Assembly: GCA_050187535.1 (NCBI GenBank)
Contig: JBFWXJ010000001.1
Span: 1-59,439, forward strand
Length of the DNA stretch: 59,439 nt
Source: Alphaproteobacteria bacterium
GTDB lineage: Bacteria > Pseudomonadota > Alphaproteobacteria > ATCC43930 > Allostellaceae
Direction: 5' to 3'
Below are positions 58,759-59,439 of this stretch, one piece after another (the stretch's first letter is position 1; every line of letters starts with the position of its first letter). The notes under the pieces are model-generated. The model was not told the DNA's origin. It did not search any database and saw nothing but the letters and a program-made list of their open reading frames with translations. The position numbers and the translations under genes were made by a program.

Positions 58759-58879
58759 CGTCCCCCTCCGCCGTCGGTCAGCGCGATTGCGACGCGCTCG
58801 CATACTCTGATGACGGCGGAGACCGGGTTTTCCCCCATCTCCCGGGAGAGAAAATGCCGGTCGCCGGGCCGGCGTGTCC

Positions 58880-59439
58880 TCACCGCAGCAGGGCGATGCC
58901 GAACGGCAGGCGCAGCACCTCGACCGAGAGGGTGGCGGCGATCACGTCGAGGGCGTCGTCGGGCCGGGCGGCGTCGAACGCGCCGGTGACGCGCATCTCG
59001 CCGAGGCGGGCGGAGAGCGGCAGGATGCGGCCGCGGCGGTGGCGGTCGAGCTCCGCCACCACGTCGGCGAGCAGCGCCCGATAGAAGACGATGCGGCCCT
59101 GCCGCCACGCCGCGACGGCCTCGACATCCACCGGCTCCGGCCCGGCGGCGGTGCCGTCGGCCAGCACCGCACGCTGGCCCGCGGACAGCGGCACGGCGCG
59201 ATCCTCGTTGCCGGCCGGCGCGGCGACGACGCGGCCGGAGAGCACGGCGACCGAAGCGCGGCCGCCGTCCAGCCGCATGTCGAAGGCGGTGCCGACGACG
59301 CGCGCCGAGCCGGCGCCGGTGGCGGCGACGAAGGGCCGCGCGGGATCGGCCGCGACCTCGAAGAAGGCGTCGCCGCGCAACAGGCGCTCACGCCGCTCGC
59401 CGGCCGGCATCGCGACGACGAGGGCCGGGGCGCGGGTGA
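58880..59439 (-). CDS. FecR-family anti-sigma/sensor, C-terminal part (5' end beyond window)
   Basis: LLRGDAFFEVAADPARPFV, VVGTAFD, AWRQGRIVF...L..VVAELDR, VTGAF. Confidence 0.93.
   Translation of the reverse strand, partial: TRAPALVVAMPAGERRERLLRGDAFFEVAADPARPFVAATGAGSARVVGTAFDMRLDGGRASVAVLSGRVVAAPAGNEDRAVPLSAGQRAVLADGTAAGPEPVDVEAVAAWRQGRIVFYRALLADVVAELDRHRRGRILPLSARLGEMRVTGAFDAARPDDALDVIAATLSVEVLRLPFGIALLR

Noticed and set aside
58759-58879. Fur/Irr box upstream of the TonB receptor
   Set aside because: No AT-rich inverted repeat; control is more likely by an ECF sigma factor encoded beyond the window.

Overview
High-GC alphaproteobacterial chromosome; Rhodospirillales-like gene order is inferred from the mreBCD-mrdA-rodA and dnaA-rpsT-mutM-ubiE-ubiB-coaBC blocks. 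Bases 1-9896 are the right arm of a prophage or phage-satellite-like element ending at the 3' end of a tRNA-Lys(CTT). It carries the terminase C-terminus, an HK97 portal, a ClpP-type protease, a SPRY-like protein, a tape measure, a proteasome-beta/Ntn-like ORF, a DUF2971-like cargo gene and an XRE switch. No capsid, tail-tube or integrase gene is visible in the window. The most unusual signal is at ~6490-7050: three ~39-bp repeat units with co-varying palindromic cores, interleaved with two start-less phage gene fragments that each carry their own internal palindrome. The rest is core genes interrupted by accessory blocks (tarD, a resistin-like lipoprotein, a PIN TA pair, fluC, an MmyB regulator, catabolic enzymes). 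A small AT-richer island holds a non-canonical Fic gene, an RHH-type protein and IS630 debris, and the window ends in a FecR/TonB-receptor/PepSY iron-uptake operon. All family calls are by motif recognition only; no searches were run.
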